From Squalus acanthias (taxonomy: Eukaryota): a stretch of DNA of 64,000 nucleotides. The stretch lies in contig CM059430.1 of the NCBI GenBank assembly GCA_030390025.1, positions 62,372,001-62,436,000 of the forward strand, in the 5' to 3' direction. The notes beneath the pieces were generated by a model. It saw only the letters and a list, made by a program, of their open reading frames with translations. It searched no databases and had not been told where the DNA came from. The translations under genes were made by a program, and so were the position numbers. Of the stretch, positions 52,601 to 64,000 are shown piece after piece. The first letter of the stretch is position 1. Each line of letters opens with the position of its first letter.

Positions 52601-55600
52601 ATGAGCAAAGATCTCCAGATAATCTTTTGATAAGATCACCTGAAAGCCCGAGAATGGCTTGTTTCGGATGGCACATGTGGCACGATATTGTTTTGTTATG
52701 TAGGAAGCAATTACCATCCGGAAATGCATGGTGAATCTGCACTGAAGAACGGGTCTCAGACATGCTCAGTTACTTGACAACAGCATGACATGAAATGGTT
52801 AATGTGATTCAGGCGAGAGAGACAACTTTTAAAGCACCGACACATACTCCATCGAGAAAGTATGTAATTAATGAAACAATCAGAATAGAGTTAAAATGCT
52901 GGTACCTGTTAGAGGGATTGAAATTGAAGTTGAAGCGGAGAACTACATGGAATTTGGATTGGGACAATTGAGGCAAGGGAGAAATCATACTTAGCAAGAA
53001 TTATCCACAAGATGGATACGAGTAAAAGAGATTTGGAGAATCTTTTAATTCCATGGCTTGTTGATTCGCTGTTAATCTGTAGTGTAGCTTAAAATGATTG
53101 TAAGACTGAATTTATCTGTGACTGTAATAATTGTGTTTTGTAGGTAACAGAACGTGGGTTAAGGCAGTACGAATCCAGTATGAGATGGTTTTGGTGGTGC
53201 TTTCTGTGTCACTACTACCACAACTAGCATGCTTTATGGGTCTAACAGGACCTGTCCAATTAATAGCCCCAGTTTTGGCTTCACAGCACATCTACCCACA
53301 ACCATCAAGCAACACGTTTTATTCAGTATCAAAACGTATGCTCAAGTGATACTGACAGTAAATGAGACACTTAAGTATGAGCTGCACAATTCGGGTTCGA
53401 AATGTTTCTCTTGTCTATGGGCTTCAGTGAGTTTGTGATGTAACTGAACTCCTCCCTACAGCATCTTTATGTTTTGGAGCAAGACAACTCGAGAATGGGG
53501 AGTTGTAAGAAATCATGAATTGGAAAAAATAACTTGAGACAAAAAAGTCTCTTCAGACTGGTATTAGAATAACTGGATAGACGCTTAGAATTTGCTTATT
53601 TCTTGGTTTCCTGTGGATGTTATAACATTCTGCACTGTGGCGGTGACCTTGTTTCCATACTAGCTGTCTGCTCTTTGAGTGCTAGAAATGTTGTTGACTG
53701 TATCTTTGATAATCTACCCTGGGCCCGCCCCTAAAAAGAGAGTAAAATAGATATTTAAAGAGCTTTTAGCACAGACGGTGAAGGAAAGGGAAGAGCTGTT
53801 CGCGCATGCCAGCCGTCTATCCGATCGGGATCCATACCAGCTGTTTGTCACGGTTGTATGTCTACTATGTCTATCTTGATTGCATGTTGTACTTAAACTA
53901 AACTGCCGCACCTTAATATAATGCTTTACAACTCCTAAGATCATTTGGGTAATCTGCGTGTGACCTGTGATCCAAACGTACAGAAGATAAAGTGGAACCA
54001 GTGAATTTAGTGTATTTGAATTTACAAAAAACATTAGATAAGGTGCCACACAAGAGGTTATTACACAAAATTAGGACTCCTGGGTTTGGAGGAAATATAT
54101 TAGCGTGGATTGAGGATGCGTTAACGGACAGGAAACAGCGAGTAAGAATAAACGGGTCATTTTCCCGGTGGCAGGCTATAACTAGTAGGGTATCTCAGGG
54201 ATTATTGCTTGGGCCTCAGCTATTTTCAATCCATATCAAGGACCTAGATGTGGGGACCGAGTGTAAGTTATCCAAGTTTGCTGATGCTACAAAACTACAT
54301 GGGAAAGTAAGTTGTGAGGAGGACGCAAAGAGGATGCAAAGGGATATAGGCAGTTTAAGTGAGTGGGCACGTACATGGCAGATGGAATATAACGTGGAGA
54401 GATGTGACGTTATCCACTTTCGTAGGAAAAATAGAAAAGCAGAATATTTTTTAAATGGTGAGAGATTGGAAAATGTTGGTATTCAGAGGGAACAGGGTGT
54501 CCTTATACACGAATCATAGAAAGTCAACATGCAGGTATAGCAAGCAATTAGGAAAGCAAATGGTATGTTAGCCTTAATTACAAAAGGATTGGTGTATAAG
54601 AGGAAAGAAGTCTTACTGTAGTTATGTATGATCTTGGTGAGACCACACCTGGAGTACTGTGTGCAGTTTGGGTCTCCTTATCGGAGGAAGGATAAATTTG
54701 CCTAAAAGGGAGTGTAACGAAGGTTTACCAGGCTACTTCCTGGGATTTGGGGATTTTCCTACGAGGGCAGGTTTAGTAGACCAGTCCTTTATTCCCTGCA
54801 GTTTAGAAGAATGAGAGGTGATCTCATTGAAATGTCTAAATCTTTGAAGGGGCTTGGCAGGGTAAATGCTGGGAGGTTGTTTCCCCCAGCTGGAGAGTCT
54901 AGAGCTAGGGTTCACAGTCTCAGAATAAGGGGTCGGTCATTTAGGACTGAGATGAAGAGAAATTTCTTAACTGAAAATGTTGTGAATCTTTTTAATTCTA
55001 CACTCCAGAGGGCTGAAAATGCTCAGTCGGTGAGAATATTGAAGACAGAGATGGGTAGACATTTGGATACTGAGGGAACCAAGGGAAATAGGGACAGTGC
55101 GGGAACGTGGATTCGAGCTGGAAGATCAGCCATAATCCTATTCAATGGCGGAGCAGCCTCGAAAGGCCGAATTGCCTACTCCTGCCAACATTTCTTATGT
55201 TCTTATGAGTCTATAAACAATTATTAGCCAGGTACATTTTCAACGAAACAGCCAGTTTCTTCTCTAGCATTTAACTTTTTTTTCAGCAACGCACCGGGTG
55301 CCAAGCACATTTCTAACCATGACTTGAATGACTCACTAAGACCGGACAAATACTTTTAGTCAGTAGACTTAAACTGTTCTGACGTGACTATGATATAATC
55401 TTTCCATTGTACCAAACTTTCTTGACAATTCAACCGTCTACCGGGATGGATGAATGAACGTACCAGCTCTTGTCGGCGGTTCGGTCCCCTTACACATTCT
55501 TCTTTACCTGGAAACGAATGAAATTTAACGATATTGAAAGATTGCAACATTTACCCAGTTTCCATGTCAGTGATTGCAAAAACATTTCTACAGTCAGACA

Positions 55601-58600
55601 AAACAGTACATGATTTCCAATTCCGGATTGTGCCGACAGTGTTTGAAATCGCAGCCCTTGTAGCGATCAGCAATGGTGGATTTTTTGGATATTTCTCGGA
55701 AACTAAGGGAATCTTTGTGGGCATTAAGTGCATCAGGGGATATGGGGATAGGGCAGGAAAGTGGCGTTGAGGTAGAAGATAAGCCATGATCGTATCGCAT
55801 GGTGGAGCAGGCCCCAGGGCAGTACCACCTACACCTGCTCCTACGTCTTATGTGTCAACCATTCCCCGGCCGGATCCTAATACTCTTTCAAGCAAACTCG
55901 TTGCGCATTCATAACAGAATTGGTTGGACATTAATTGTGTTTCAGGGTACATGTGATGTATTATGCTGCAAAGGGGGCATTTCTGTTGCAAACATCCAAA
56001 TAATTATTTCCAATTTTATTACGATTCTTTGAGCAATTCAGCGTTTTAAATGCTCCCTGAAACAGATAAAACTGATTTCATCTTTAAGTCCTAATCGAGT
56101 TCTGCGTCCCCAATGTAACCCGGAGACTGTCACTAACCCTGAGGATTTGTAATAAAATAACGGACTTACAGTTGATCTTACTTTCATTCTTCTGCAGTCG
56201 GCACCGCGCCCCAATGAAAATCATTAGCACCAGAAACGCCAATCCACCCACCGCACACCCAGGAGCCCAGATAGAAAGTGAATTGTCGGCACTACCTGTA
56301 AGATTAATAGGAACTTTAAGTTATGGCGGGCGTTGGCTAAGAATAGGCCTCAAGATAGTTTATTAGTTAAACTATGAAGTGTCTTTCAGTAACTCCGCGG
56401 TATAGAACGGCAATAAGAAAGATTAAATACAAAATGTTATTTCTTTTGGCCCAGAAATTGATCTCGCTCTGTTCCCGCGGGGGTAAGGAGCAGGCGCGAT
56501 CTCTCACTCCGCGTTGGCTTTTTCAGATCCAGCTCGCACGAACTTGATGTTCTAGACATCAGCTGGGCAGTGCTTGCGTATCCCACCGGCGTAGTGAATT
56601 CGTGCGCGCTGTGGGATCACGTGACTCAGTTAGAGCCAATGGCAGCACACCATCTTCCATTCATAAGTTTCACATACGTGCTGTGAAAGCTATGAATCTT
56701 ACACACCCCCAAAATAACAGCTAAACCTCAATTAAATAAAAAAAAACCATCACATTAATAAAATAAGTATAGTTAAATAAATTAACATTTTAAATAAAAA
56801 ATTAAATTTTTGAAAAAATGTAAAATCTTTTAAAAAGTTATAAAAATAAACTTACCTGTCTTTAAAGTCTCTAAAAAAGATATACCTGTTAAAAAAAATT
56901 CAAAATAATACTTAATTCACTACTTACCTTGTTAAAAGTGGGTCTTACTCCTTTTTTCATTTCTAAAATCTTCCGTCCTTACCTGCGCGTCCAAAGCACT
57001 AAGTGCACAGCATGCGCGCAGCCTGTAGCGCGCACGCGGTGCACTGAGGAACCGCCCCCTTTTCCAAAGACCAAGTGCCGGTTTTCAGCGCATGCGCAGT
57101 GCATGCAGAAAACTGGCAATTGGAGAGAGAATACGCGAGCGTACGCAGTGCGTACTCTCGCGTAGCGGCATCAATTTTTGGCCCACTATGTTTAAAGTAA
57201 CTTCTTCGTCGGATGGAGGAGACATTCGGGATTAATCTGCACAACGCACTACCGGTTTAGGGATCTCACAGCATTGTTTTAGGAGAGTTAGAATACGAGA
57301 GAGATCAATTTCCCATGTCCAAAAGTCTTGTTCTTCAGGTTTCTTATTTATTAACATATAGTTTGAGGAATTTGGAGGAAAATGCGTCACAAGAGTTTCT
57401 TCGATGCCGACAGCAATCGGTTAAGAATACCCTTTCAATTACGTGACCTTTGTTTATTACAGTAAGAATGTCACTGAATAGTAAGGCCTATCAGCGGGCA
57501 ATGGTTCATTGATTACTGCCCTTCGGGGCAAAGAGTTCTTCACAATATGATGTATCGAACCGGCTGTACTGTCGACAGGTTGCGGGCACAGGTTAAATGC
57601 GATTTATGAGACAGATTCCAATTAAACCCGTTATGACATGGACGGGTGAGGGGTAAAAGCTTGCCAGGGGTTAATTTCAGATCTCTGCAGTAGAATTAGC
57701 CGATAGGGGGATTAGGATCAGGAACTGCATTGGAAGAAGCCCAAGTGCGACTGGAGGTCCTGGTAACAGTCTTGGTACAAGGAGAGCAGGAAATGGTAAA
57801 GAATAAAACTATCTTAAAATTGAAACAAAATAAATTGAATAAGTATGAATAATAAACAGGTGAGGAAATATAATCGAACAGAAGTGATAATCTCTTGTTT
57901 ATAATTGTTATAAATTAATTAAAGGAATATGACAGAAAATAATGTTTGACAGAAGATTTGAGTGGCTGGAAGTGGGGTCGGCAGAGCTGTGGCCAGGAGG
58001 TACCAATGGAATGAATCTCGACCATGAAAGTTAGAGGGGAATGAAAGCTTGAACAGAATGGGAGAAGGTAAGATCTCGGATTAATCATGTTGTCGTGTGT
58101 GAGAGTACTGGGATTTGGGAAGAGAATGGAATTTTAGTGTGTCTGTTCTTGGTTGCTCGGCTTATCCAGCACCGGGGGTGGGGGGGGGGGGCGGGGGGTA
58201 GAAGGCCATTGCGTAACTGAAATGCGAGACCTGGGAACACAGGAAATGAGCTGTTGTTTGGGAACAATGACGGTGTAAAATACCCCACCGTGAATCGCCC
58301 ATCAGAGGCGGGATTCAGCGACGCTCGAAACCAGACAAACGAACAGTCGCTTCTAGTCCTGCAACTCATGTAAGGAACCAGGAAATGGGAAAAATGAATT
58401 CAGTTTAACAAGAGCAAGCGTTTGATTGTTCAGTAATAAGCAAGAAATGTAAAATAATTGCATAGAAGAGATAAACAGCCTGCACGTATTTGTTTTAACA
58501 ATTGGAAGCTGATGAGGTTTAACATGCAGTTACTGGGTGAAGGGCGATAATAATCCTTCAGTTTGACAACGGTTCTCGGTCAATAATATTTTACATTGAA

Positions 58601-60201
58601 ACATTAATTTTCTCTTGGCTTTGCTGTTTCCTGGGCGTATTTTCAAACTAGATTTATGTTTATCAACATGAACAAACTATATGAAATACCCTTTCAGAAT
58701 ATAACAGCAGCTGACCTCACTTCTTGGCCTGTTGCCTTCGTACCTGGGTCGCAATTGTTAACTGTGTAGCTGGCAATGGCGGGAGTCAGGAGGGAGGCAT
58801 GAGATACCAAACAGATGTAAACAGCCCCGTTCGGCACAGGCTGCGTCTCTTCAAAAGAGCTGGAAACTTCATACAGTCCCTCAGTGTTCTGCCGTTTAGT
58901 GTCATTTATCCCAGTTGCGGTATCGACGCCATTTTTATACCAAACGAGGGTTAAATCGCCCGGGTAAAACTCAGCCGTTTCACACACAAGAGTCAGAAAC
59001 GCAGAAAAATTGCTCTCGGGTGTCCTGGGGGAAATATTCAATGGAGTTGGGGCAGCTGCGGAACAGAGAATGGGGAATATCAGGTTACTGGGGGATATTA
59101 AACATAAGATATGGAAGCACAATGGTATCCTCTGTCGCTCTCTGTTTGTTTGTAACTCTGGGTCTGTCTGTCTGTCTCCCCAAGAGAGCTGTGTTTATGG
59201 CGGGAGCGGTGCATTAATAGAAAAGATTTTCAGCCAGTCAGCAATATATTTGGAATTTGTTCGGCAACTTCCATCTTCAGAAGTCTGATGTAAAAATTAC
59301 GTTTTGAAATGAATCGAGAAACATGTTACTTAATCATGTTAATATTGCTGGAATTTTACACAACTCAGCAAATGACGCGTCATATTATGCCAGTTAATTA
59401 GTAGTTGTGTGCAGAGTTTCATTGTAAATGTGTTAATATATTGTTTTATAATATCAATGACGGTGCAATAAAACAATGACAAAACATCATCCTTGTTACA
59501 TTTGATACATTTGGACGTTCCCGCTCACTCCAGTAACTTACCGCTCACAGTTAGATGTGATCCTGTTCATTTCCAATAATTTCTCCCTGACGGATCACTG
59601 CGCAGTGATACATTCCAGAGTCCCGGATAGTCGCGTTCAGTAACTCAAATAAACCGACTGCATTATTTTTCACAGTAAATCTTTTTCTGCTATCGGCTCC
59701 TCTTTGCAGATATTCATTCTCACCCTTTTTCCTCCAAAGCACTTCTATCCCTGAATTGCGAAGGGACCCGGGGACTAAACACTGGAAGGTGATGTTTGAC
59801 CCCCTTAATATCATTACTTTTCTGGGAGTTTGAGACAGGCTGATCGAAGAGCCCGCAGCAGCTGTTGGAAAATATATTCAAAGTTTGCTTAATTGTATTC
59901 TATGCGGAACCAAACACTTTAAAATGAATTTCTACATGGAAATGAAAAAGCGTTAAAAGAATACAGACCGACCAACCATATTTAGAACATAAGAACATAA
60001 GAAATAGGAGCAGGAGTAGACCAATCGGCCCCTCGAGCCTGCTCCGCCATTCAATGAGATCATGGTTGATTCAAATTTTGTGGTAACTACTTCAGGTATG
60101 TTTTCTATTCAGACAGCTCGATTTGAGAATAAACAGGTACCTGAGAAAATGATCCCCGGGAGAGACAGGAACAGGAAAAGAAACAGCACAGTCGACAACA
60201 T
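46505..60201 (-). CDS. Copy C: inhibitory-type IgSF receptor, leader-V(J)-C1-TM-ITIM tail, 7 exons, about 375 aa if the 1-nt V-exon deletion is corrected
   Basis: Exons 60201-60141, 59861-59542, 59055-58744, 56295-56182, 55507-55464, 46988-46887 and 46678-46505. All GT-AG with phases 1,1,1,1,0,0. The only lesion found is a missing C near 59568. Confidence 0.82.
46887..46988 (-). CDS. Copy C exon 6, EAAAETVHYAALDLNRSRKTPRREIEAERTVYAQ (ITIM VHYAAL)
   Basis: Acceptor tctttctgacccatgcag, donor CAG|GTAGGA, 102 nt, phase 0-0. Confidence 0.83.
47255..55206 (+). mobile_element. Nested TE block in copy C intron 5: CR1 (47255-47640 and 53983-55206), LINE family 2 (47643-48728) and ERV
   Basis: ORFs 47274, 47643 (QFGFR..KAAFDRV..MFADD), 53992 and 54811. 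Flanks rejoin as in copies A and B (about 2490/2520). Confidence 0.82.
48811..53982 (+). mobile_element. Internally deleted LTR retroelement, ERV-like
   Basis: 5' LTR 48811-49169 (5'-truncated) and 3' LTR 53504-53982 with TGTAAGA/TCTTACA termini. PBS TGGTGTCAGAAATGGAAT at 49171, PPT at 53491-53502, gag remnants with a frameshifted CCHC, protease LVNSGSSATII, RT start VWPVRKPGDYRMTFDY. Confidence 0.85.
55464..55507 (-). CDS. Copy C exon 5, cytoplasmic SKEECVRGPNRRQEL
   Basis: Acceptor ttcgtttccag, donor CTG|GTACGT. Its 44 nt supply the phase 1->0 change needed for exon 6. Confidence 0.8.
55700..55852 (+). mobile_element. Short CR1 3' end in copy C intron 4
   Basis: aggggatatggggatagggcaggaaagtgg..cctgctcct..cttatg. 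Confidence 0.65.
56182..56295 (-). CDS. Copy C exon 4, uncharged TM (GSADNSLSIWAPGCAVGGLAFLVLMIFIGARCRLQKNE)
   Basis: Acceptor atcttacag, donor A|GTAAGA, 114 nt. Confidence 0.88.
56448..57184 (+). mobile_element. 737-bp non-autonomous TIR element, copy 2 (intron 3 of copy C)
   Basis: Nearly identical to 34066-34804. Right flank ACT, left flank TTT, so no intact TSD. Confidence 0.88.
58744..59055 (-). CDS. Copy C exon 3, C1 domain
   Basis: 312 nt open, motifs LVCETAEFYP and YICLVSHASL, intact splice sites. Confidence 0.92.
59542..59861 (-). CDS. Copy C exon 2, V domain (frameshifted by 1 nt in the GNG motif)
   Basis: Motifs ITFQC, VLWRK and DSGMYHCAV. 320 nt versus 321 in copy A. cctgttcattt versus cctgttccattt in copies A and B. 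Confidence 0.88.
59984..60070 (-). mobile_element. Short CR1 3' end in copy C intron 1
   Basis: (aagaacat)2 tail plus ggcccctcgagcctgctccgccatt; absent from copy A intron 1. Confidence 0.8.
60141..60201 (-). CDS. Copy C exon 1, signal peptide MLSTVLFLFLFLSLPGIIFS
   Basis: ATG at 60201, 61 nt, donor TCAG|GTACCT. Confidence 0.9.
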
Positions 60202-61416
60202 TCCGAGCAAAAGATTCAACTGATCACTGACTGCGCCAACCGTCTGCTTGCCACTGGAGGAAGGGTTTGCTGATTATTTAAACCGAAATGCTTCGTAATG
60301 ACGTTTCGCATCCTGTGTCTGTTGGTTGAAAATAGGGTTCGTTTGTGAAGTGAAATTTAATGACCGTTCTGCTCTAAGGCAGCCATTGGAATCACCTCTG
60401 TCACGGTCAACAAAAGCTTAGGAAAATTAATATCCGAAATACCAAATAGAGAATTTACAACCGATCGCTGAGCCACTGTTGGTTTCTACCAGATGAAGTA
60501 GTCGAATGTGTACATTCCTTGTAGTGAATCTGGTGAGGCACATATTCTTCCACTTCCCTTAAGGTGCACGCTGCTTTTAACGTCACACAAAGTCTACAGA
60601 CGTCAAAGCCGAACAAACTGGGAACATTTATAAATTGTTAATAATTAGTTCTTAAATAACAGTAGCAATATTTTATGATAAACACTGCAGGTGAGAAAGT
60701 GATTGATTAACACAGCAGTTGCGTGTATAGAGATTGTTCTCTATAATTCCACGCATTTCTGGACATTTCACGTGATACTGCGAGATCGCATTCATTGTGA
60801 TGTGTTATATCTCGGGAGACTCGATGCTATTCCGAACACAGTGACCTGAATCAGAACCGTTAATGATAACGAAGGTGTTTATTTTCACCTTAAAATAACC
60901 TTATTGAATATTTAGGAAATAGAGCTTTGATGATTCCTTCAAAGAGCTGCCAATGTGTGTTTGTGGTCAGGGCTTCTTTGCAAATGCAATTTCCTGCTAT
61001 CAGCGCGTCCTGCCTAAAATGTTTGGAGGAAAATGTTGTTAGCCACTATGAAAATGTGCAAATTTGTTTGATAGCGGATATATTCGCTAGATTTTTAAAA
61101 AGGGCGTCAAGTGAGCTTCCAGGTCAAGAGCTCAATGGCCAAAAATATGCTCCGTAAAGTGAAGGGTAATATTCTTCTGATTCGACTGTATGGGAGTCTT
61201 CACCGTTATTTGAAGGGTATCCTAAAGCGTTCTCATATTGCAGCTGTCCACGGACGCCGCACTTAGAAAATGTAGGTAAGGCTTTGTGCGTAATACATTA
61301 CGCCACAAATTATTACATCAAATTTTTGATTGATTTATATAATCACTCACCCTTCAGTTTATCTGATGTCTGTGGTCAAGTGTGGAGAGTACCGAATGTT
61401 TCCAATCGAAATCAGA

Positions 61417-64000
61417 ACATAAGAACACAAGAACATAAGAAATAGGAGCAGCAGTAGGCCATACGGTCCCTCGAGCCTGCTCCGCCATTCAATAAGACCA
61501 TGGGTGATCATTCACCTCAACTCCATTTTCACGCCCGATCTCCAGATCACTTGATTCACATGGAATCCAATAATCTATCTATCTCAGCCTTAAATATGAT
61601 CAAAGACTCAGCATCCACAGTCCTCTGGGGCAGAGAATTCCAAAGATTCACAACCCTTTGAATGAAGAAATGTCTCCTCATCTCGGTCTTAAGTGGCCTA
61701 CCTCTTATCCTGAGACTATGTCCCCTAGTTCTAGACACACGTGCCAGGGGAAACAACCTCTCAGCATCTACCCTGTCTATCCCCTTCAGAATCTGTATGT
61801 TTCAATGAGATCACCTTTCATTCTTCTAAACTTCAGAGAGTATAGGCCCACTCTACACAATCTCTCCTCATAGGACAGCCCTTTCATCCCAGGAATCAAT
61901 CTAGTGAACATTCGTTGTACCGCCTCCAAGGAAAGTATACCCTTCCTTCGATAAAGAAACCAAAACTGTGCACAATACTCCAGGTGCGGTCTCACCAAGG
62001 CCCTGTACAATTGTAGCAAGACATTCTTACTCTTATACAACAACCCACTTGCAATAAAGCCCAACAGGCCATTTGCCTTCCTTATTGCTTGCTGTACCTG
62101 CATGCAAGCTTTCTATATTTTTTGAACGAGGTCACACAAATCTCTCTGAACACCAACATTTAAAAGTTGCTCACGTTAAAAAATATTATGTTTTTCTATT
62201 CTCCCTACCAAAGTGAATAATCTCACATTTCCCTACATTATACTCCATTATACCTTGCTGCCCACTCGCCTAGTCTACCTATAACACTTTGCATACAGTT
62301 TGTGTTCTCCTCACAGCTTACTGTCCAACCTAGCTTTGGATCGTCAGCAAGCTTGGATACATTACACTCGGTCCCTTCATCTAGGTCATTAATATAGATT
62401 GTAAATGGCTCAGGCCCAAGCAGTGATCCTAGAGGCACCAGCCTTGTTACAGCCTGCCAACCTTAAATCGTTTATCCCTACTCTCTGCTTTCTGTCCGTT
62501 AACCAGTCCTTTATCCATGCTACTATATTACTCCAAACCCCATGAGCCCTTATCTTGTGCAATAACGTTTTATGTGTCACCGTATCGAATACCTTTAGCA
62601 AATCCAAATATACTACACCCGTTTATTCACCTTTATCTACTCTGCTAGTTACATCCTCAAAAAACTCGAATAAATTTGTGAAACACGATTTTCCTTTCAG
62701 AAAACCATGTTGACACTGCCTAATCATATTGGGCCAAAAATTGATCCCGCTGCGCGAGAGTACGCATTGCGTACTCTCGCGTATTCTCTCTCCAATTGCC
62801 GGTTTTCTGCATGCACTGCGCATGCGCTGAAAACTGGCACTTGGTCTTTGGAAAAGGGGGCGGTTCCTCGGTGCACCGCGTGCGCGCTACAGGCTGCGCG
62901 CACGCTGTGCACTTAGTGCTTTGGATGCGCAGGTAAGTACGGAAGATTTTAGAAATGGAAAAAGGAGGAGTAAGACCCACTTTTAGCAAGGTAAGTAGTG
63001 AATTAAGTATTATTATGAATTTTTTTTAACCAGTATATCTTTTTTAGAGACTTTAAAGACAGGTAAGTTTATTTTTATAACTTTTTAAAAGATTTTACAT
63101 TTTTTCAAAAGTTTAATTTTTTATTTAAAATGGTTAATTTATTTAACTATACTTATTTTATTAATGTGATGGTTTTTTTTTAAATTTAATTGAGGTTTAG
63201 CTGTTATTTTGTGGGGGTGTAAGATTCATAGCTTTCACGGCACGTAGGTGAAACTTATGAATGGAAGATGGTGTGCTGCCATTGGCTCTAACTGAGTCAC
63301 GTGATCCCACAGCTCGCACGAATTCACTACGCCGGTGGGATGCGCAAGCACTGCCCAGCTAATGTCTGGAACATCAAGTTCGTGCGAGCTGGATCTGAAA
63401 AAGCCAACGCGGAGTGAGAGATCGCGCCTGCTCCTTACCCCCGCGGGAACAGAGCGAGATCAATTTCTGGGCCATTATGATTTTCTGAGTGCCCTGATAC
63501 TACTTCCTTAACAATGGATTCCAGCATTTTCCCGACGACTAATGTCATGCTAACTGGCCTACAGTTTCCTGTATTCTCTCTCCCTCTTTTCTTGAACAGC
63601 GGTGTTACATGTGCGACCTTCCAATCCGCTGGGACCATTCTAGAATCAAGAGAATTTTGGAAGATCAAAACCAAGGTATCCACTATCTCACAGACAACTC
63701 TTTTAGAACCATAGGATGTAGGCCGTCAGGTCCAGGGGATTTGTCGGCGTTTACTCCCATTAGTTTCACAAGTACTGTTTCTCTACTTCTATTAATTATG
63801 TTAATTTCTTCACCTTCATTCTACCCTTGCTTCCCCACCATATTTGGTATGCTTTTTGTGTCTTCTACTGCGAAGACAGACACAAAATATTTGTTTAATG
63901 TTTCTGCCATTTCCTTCTATAAAATTTCTCCTGTCTCGGCCTCTAAGGGACCAACGTCGTCTTTTGCTACTCTCTTCCTTCTTACATACTTGTAGAAGCT
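61417..64000 (-). mobile_element. CR1 upstream of copy C, running off the window
   Basis: Tail aagaacat, RT ORF fragments 61556-63683, empty site in unit 1 near 9222. Confidence 0.9.
62731..63473 (-). mobile_element. 743-bp non-autonomous TIR element, copy 3
   Basis: Reverse complement of the above, ATT TSD, empty site in the paralogous CR1 near 31380. Confidence 0.88.

Overview
Eukaryotic, repeat-rich DNA, most likely a cartilaginous fish (shark-type CR1 LINEs and a SacSINE1-like DeuSINE; species not determinable). The backbone is a tandem array of three minus-strand paralogues of a non-rearranging IgSF receptor (leader, germline-joined VJ-type V domain, C1 domain, TM, tail), which I assembled exon by exon from splice sites and phases. 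They form a paired-receptor cluster. Copy A (7293->2893, 280 aa, open) is activating-type, with Arg and Asp in the TM and a short Tyr-free tail; decayed fossils of the ITIM exons lie downstream. Copy C (60201->46505, about 375 aa) is inhibitory-type, with an uncharged TM and a SIRP-alpha-like tail (VHYAAL, TVYAQ, LTYAAI, TEYAQM), but has a single 1-nt deletion in the V exon as given. Copy B (about 19770-26850) is a recombinant pseudogene, C-like at the 5' end and A-like at the 3' end, with a CR1 inserted in its TM exon. Between and within the genes are nested CR1 LINEs (one with an almost intact ORF2), a second LINE family with a SINE-like head, a young ~740-bp TIR element family, an internally deleted ERV-like element with a tRNA-Leu PBS, and a 30-bp minisatellite inside a CR1 ORF1.
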